NCBI GenBank assembly: GCA_028534125.1
Contig: CM052818.1
Span: forward strand, 7,690,001-7,750,000
Source of the DNA: Lama glama
Lineage: Eukaryota
Length of the DNA stretch: 60,000 nt
Direction of reading: 5' to 3'
The notes under the pieces are model-generated. The model saw nothing but the letters and a program-made list of their open reading frames with translations, had not been told where the DNA came from and made no database searches. The number at the start of each line of letters is the position of its first letter. Positions within the stretch are counted from its first letter, which is position 1. The translations under genes were made by a program, and so were the position numbers. Positions 58,640 through 60,000 of this stretch are shown here, piece by piece.

Positions 58640-60000
58640 GTCAGGCTTACAGAAGTATAATTTACATTCAGTAAAATTCACCCTTTCTAAGTATATGGTT
58701 TGATGAATTTTAACATGTATACTGTAGTGGGGCTACCACAATCAAAATACAGAGCAAGTCCATCACTGTTAAACATTCTCTAGGGCATTTTTGTCATCAG
58801 TCCTTTCCTGACATCCCAAAGCCACGGCAACCACTGATCTGATTTTCATCCGTATAGTTTCGCCTTTTCCAGAAGGTCCTATAAATAGAGTTATACAGAA
58901 TATAGCCTCTTGTCCCAGGTTCCTTCATTTAGCATAATGCTTTTGAAATCCATGGATGTTATAACATGTGTTAATGGTTTGTTGCTTTTTATTATAGAGT
59001 GGTACCCCTTGGATGGATGTACCACTATTTGTTTATCTGTTCATCAGTTGATAGACCTTTTGGTTTTCTCCAGTTTCTGGGTGTTATAAATTAATACTAT
59101 TATAAACATTAGTGGGCACATCTTTCTGTGAGCATGTGTTTTCATTTCTTTTATGTTAATACCTTGGAATATATTGATGATTTATAGAAATGTAAAACTT
59201 TGTGGTAACTTGATATAAAACTACCAAATTATTTTACAAAGTGACTATACAATTTTGTATTCTACTTGTGGTGTATAAGAGTTCTAGATATTCTTTAATC
59301 TTTCTGTTGTCTCTGTTTTGTAATGTTAGTCTGTTGGTAGGTCTGTACTGAGTGATAGTTCATTGTGGTTTTAACTTGTGTAATGACTAATATGTTGAGT
59401 ATCTTTTCGTATGTGTTTGCTGTCCAGACTTTTTTTTGGTAAATTGTTCAGGTTTTTTGCTCATTTAAAAAGATTGAGGTGTCTTCTTACTGAGTTTTAA
59501 GAGTTCCTTGTATATCCTAGATACAAGCCCTTTATATATGTTTTTAAGTGTTTTCTCCTAGTCCGTGACTTATCTTTTCATTTTAAGTGTCTTAAAAAGA
59601 GCAGTTTTTCATTTTGGTAAACTCCGGTTTATCAGTTTTTTTCCTTGTGTTGTTCATGCTTCTTGTGTCCTATCCCAATAAATTTTTGTAAACCAAATTA
59701 CAAAGATATTTTTCAGTGTTTTCGTCTAGAAGCTCTGTTGTTTTAGGCTTTATGTGTAAGTCCATGATCCATTTCTAGTTCATCTTTATGTAGTGTGAAC
59801 TATGAGTCTGTACATTTTATGGAAAAGACTATCCTGTCTCCTTTGGTACCTTTGTTGAAATCAGTTGACTGTTTTTATGTGGGTCTATTTTTGAACTCTG
59901 TTCTATTTTATTGCTTTATATGGCTGTCTTTACACCAGCACCACACCATCTTAACTACTGTAGCATTGTTGTAAGTCTTGAAATTAGGTAGTGGGAGTCC
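58640..60000 (-). mobile_element. Old L1 (L1MB/L1MC/L1MD-like) 3' region, running off the window end
   Basis: gaagtataatttacattcagtaaaattcaccc...ggcaaccactgatctg...ccagcaccacaccatcttaactactgtagc. Confidence 0.85.

Noticed and set aside
1..60000. A novel multi-gene system, CRISPR array or prokaryote-type locus
   Set aside because: The window is accounted for by one conserved eukaryotic gene plus ordinary mammalian interspersed repeats. I saw no regularly spaced repeat-spacer array and no unexplained long ORF.
54485..60000. Further VPS54 exons (expected to continue YEVKAPVPS...)
   Set aside because: I found no matching sequence in the remaining 5.5 kb, so the remaining exons must lie beyond the window.

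Overview
AT-rich, CpG-poor, repeat-dense mammalian genomic DNA. It lies entirely inside the VPS54 gene (GARP tethering complex subunit), on the + strand. I traced 19 consecutive coding exons (exons 2-20 if numbered as in human, which has one upstream non-coding exon). They run from the ATG at 9880 to 54484, all have AG/GT boundaries, and they splice into an uninterrupted 2625-nt frame (875 codons). The promoter and exon 1 lie upstream of the window, and the last coding exons lie downstream. A tRNA-derived SINE at about 9490-9642 resembles the camelid-specific vic-1 family, suggesting a camel, alpaca or llama genome. The introns are a mosaic of L1, L2, MIR, MLT LTRs, hAT/Tigger MITEs and microsatellites. 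Repeat subfamily names come from my recall of consensus sequences, and most repeat boundaries are approximate. I see no convincing novel biological system. The best second-look items are gene-regulatory hypotheses: an out-of-frame upstream ATG overlapping the start codon, an inverted pair of related L1s flanking exons 8-20 (possible circRNA or dsRNA editing), several in-frame acceptors at exon 3, and a recursive-splice-like site in intron 1.
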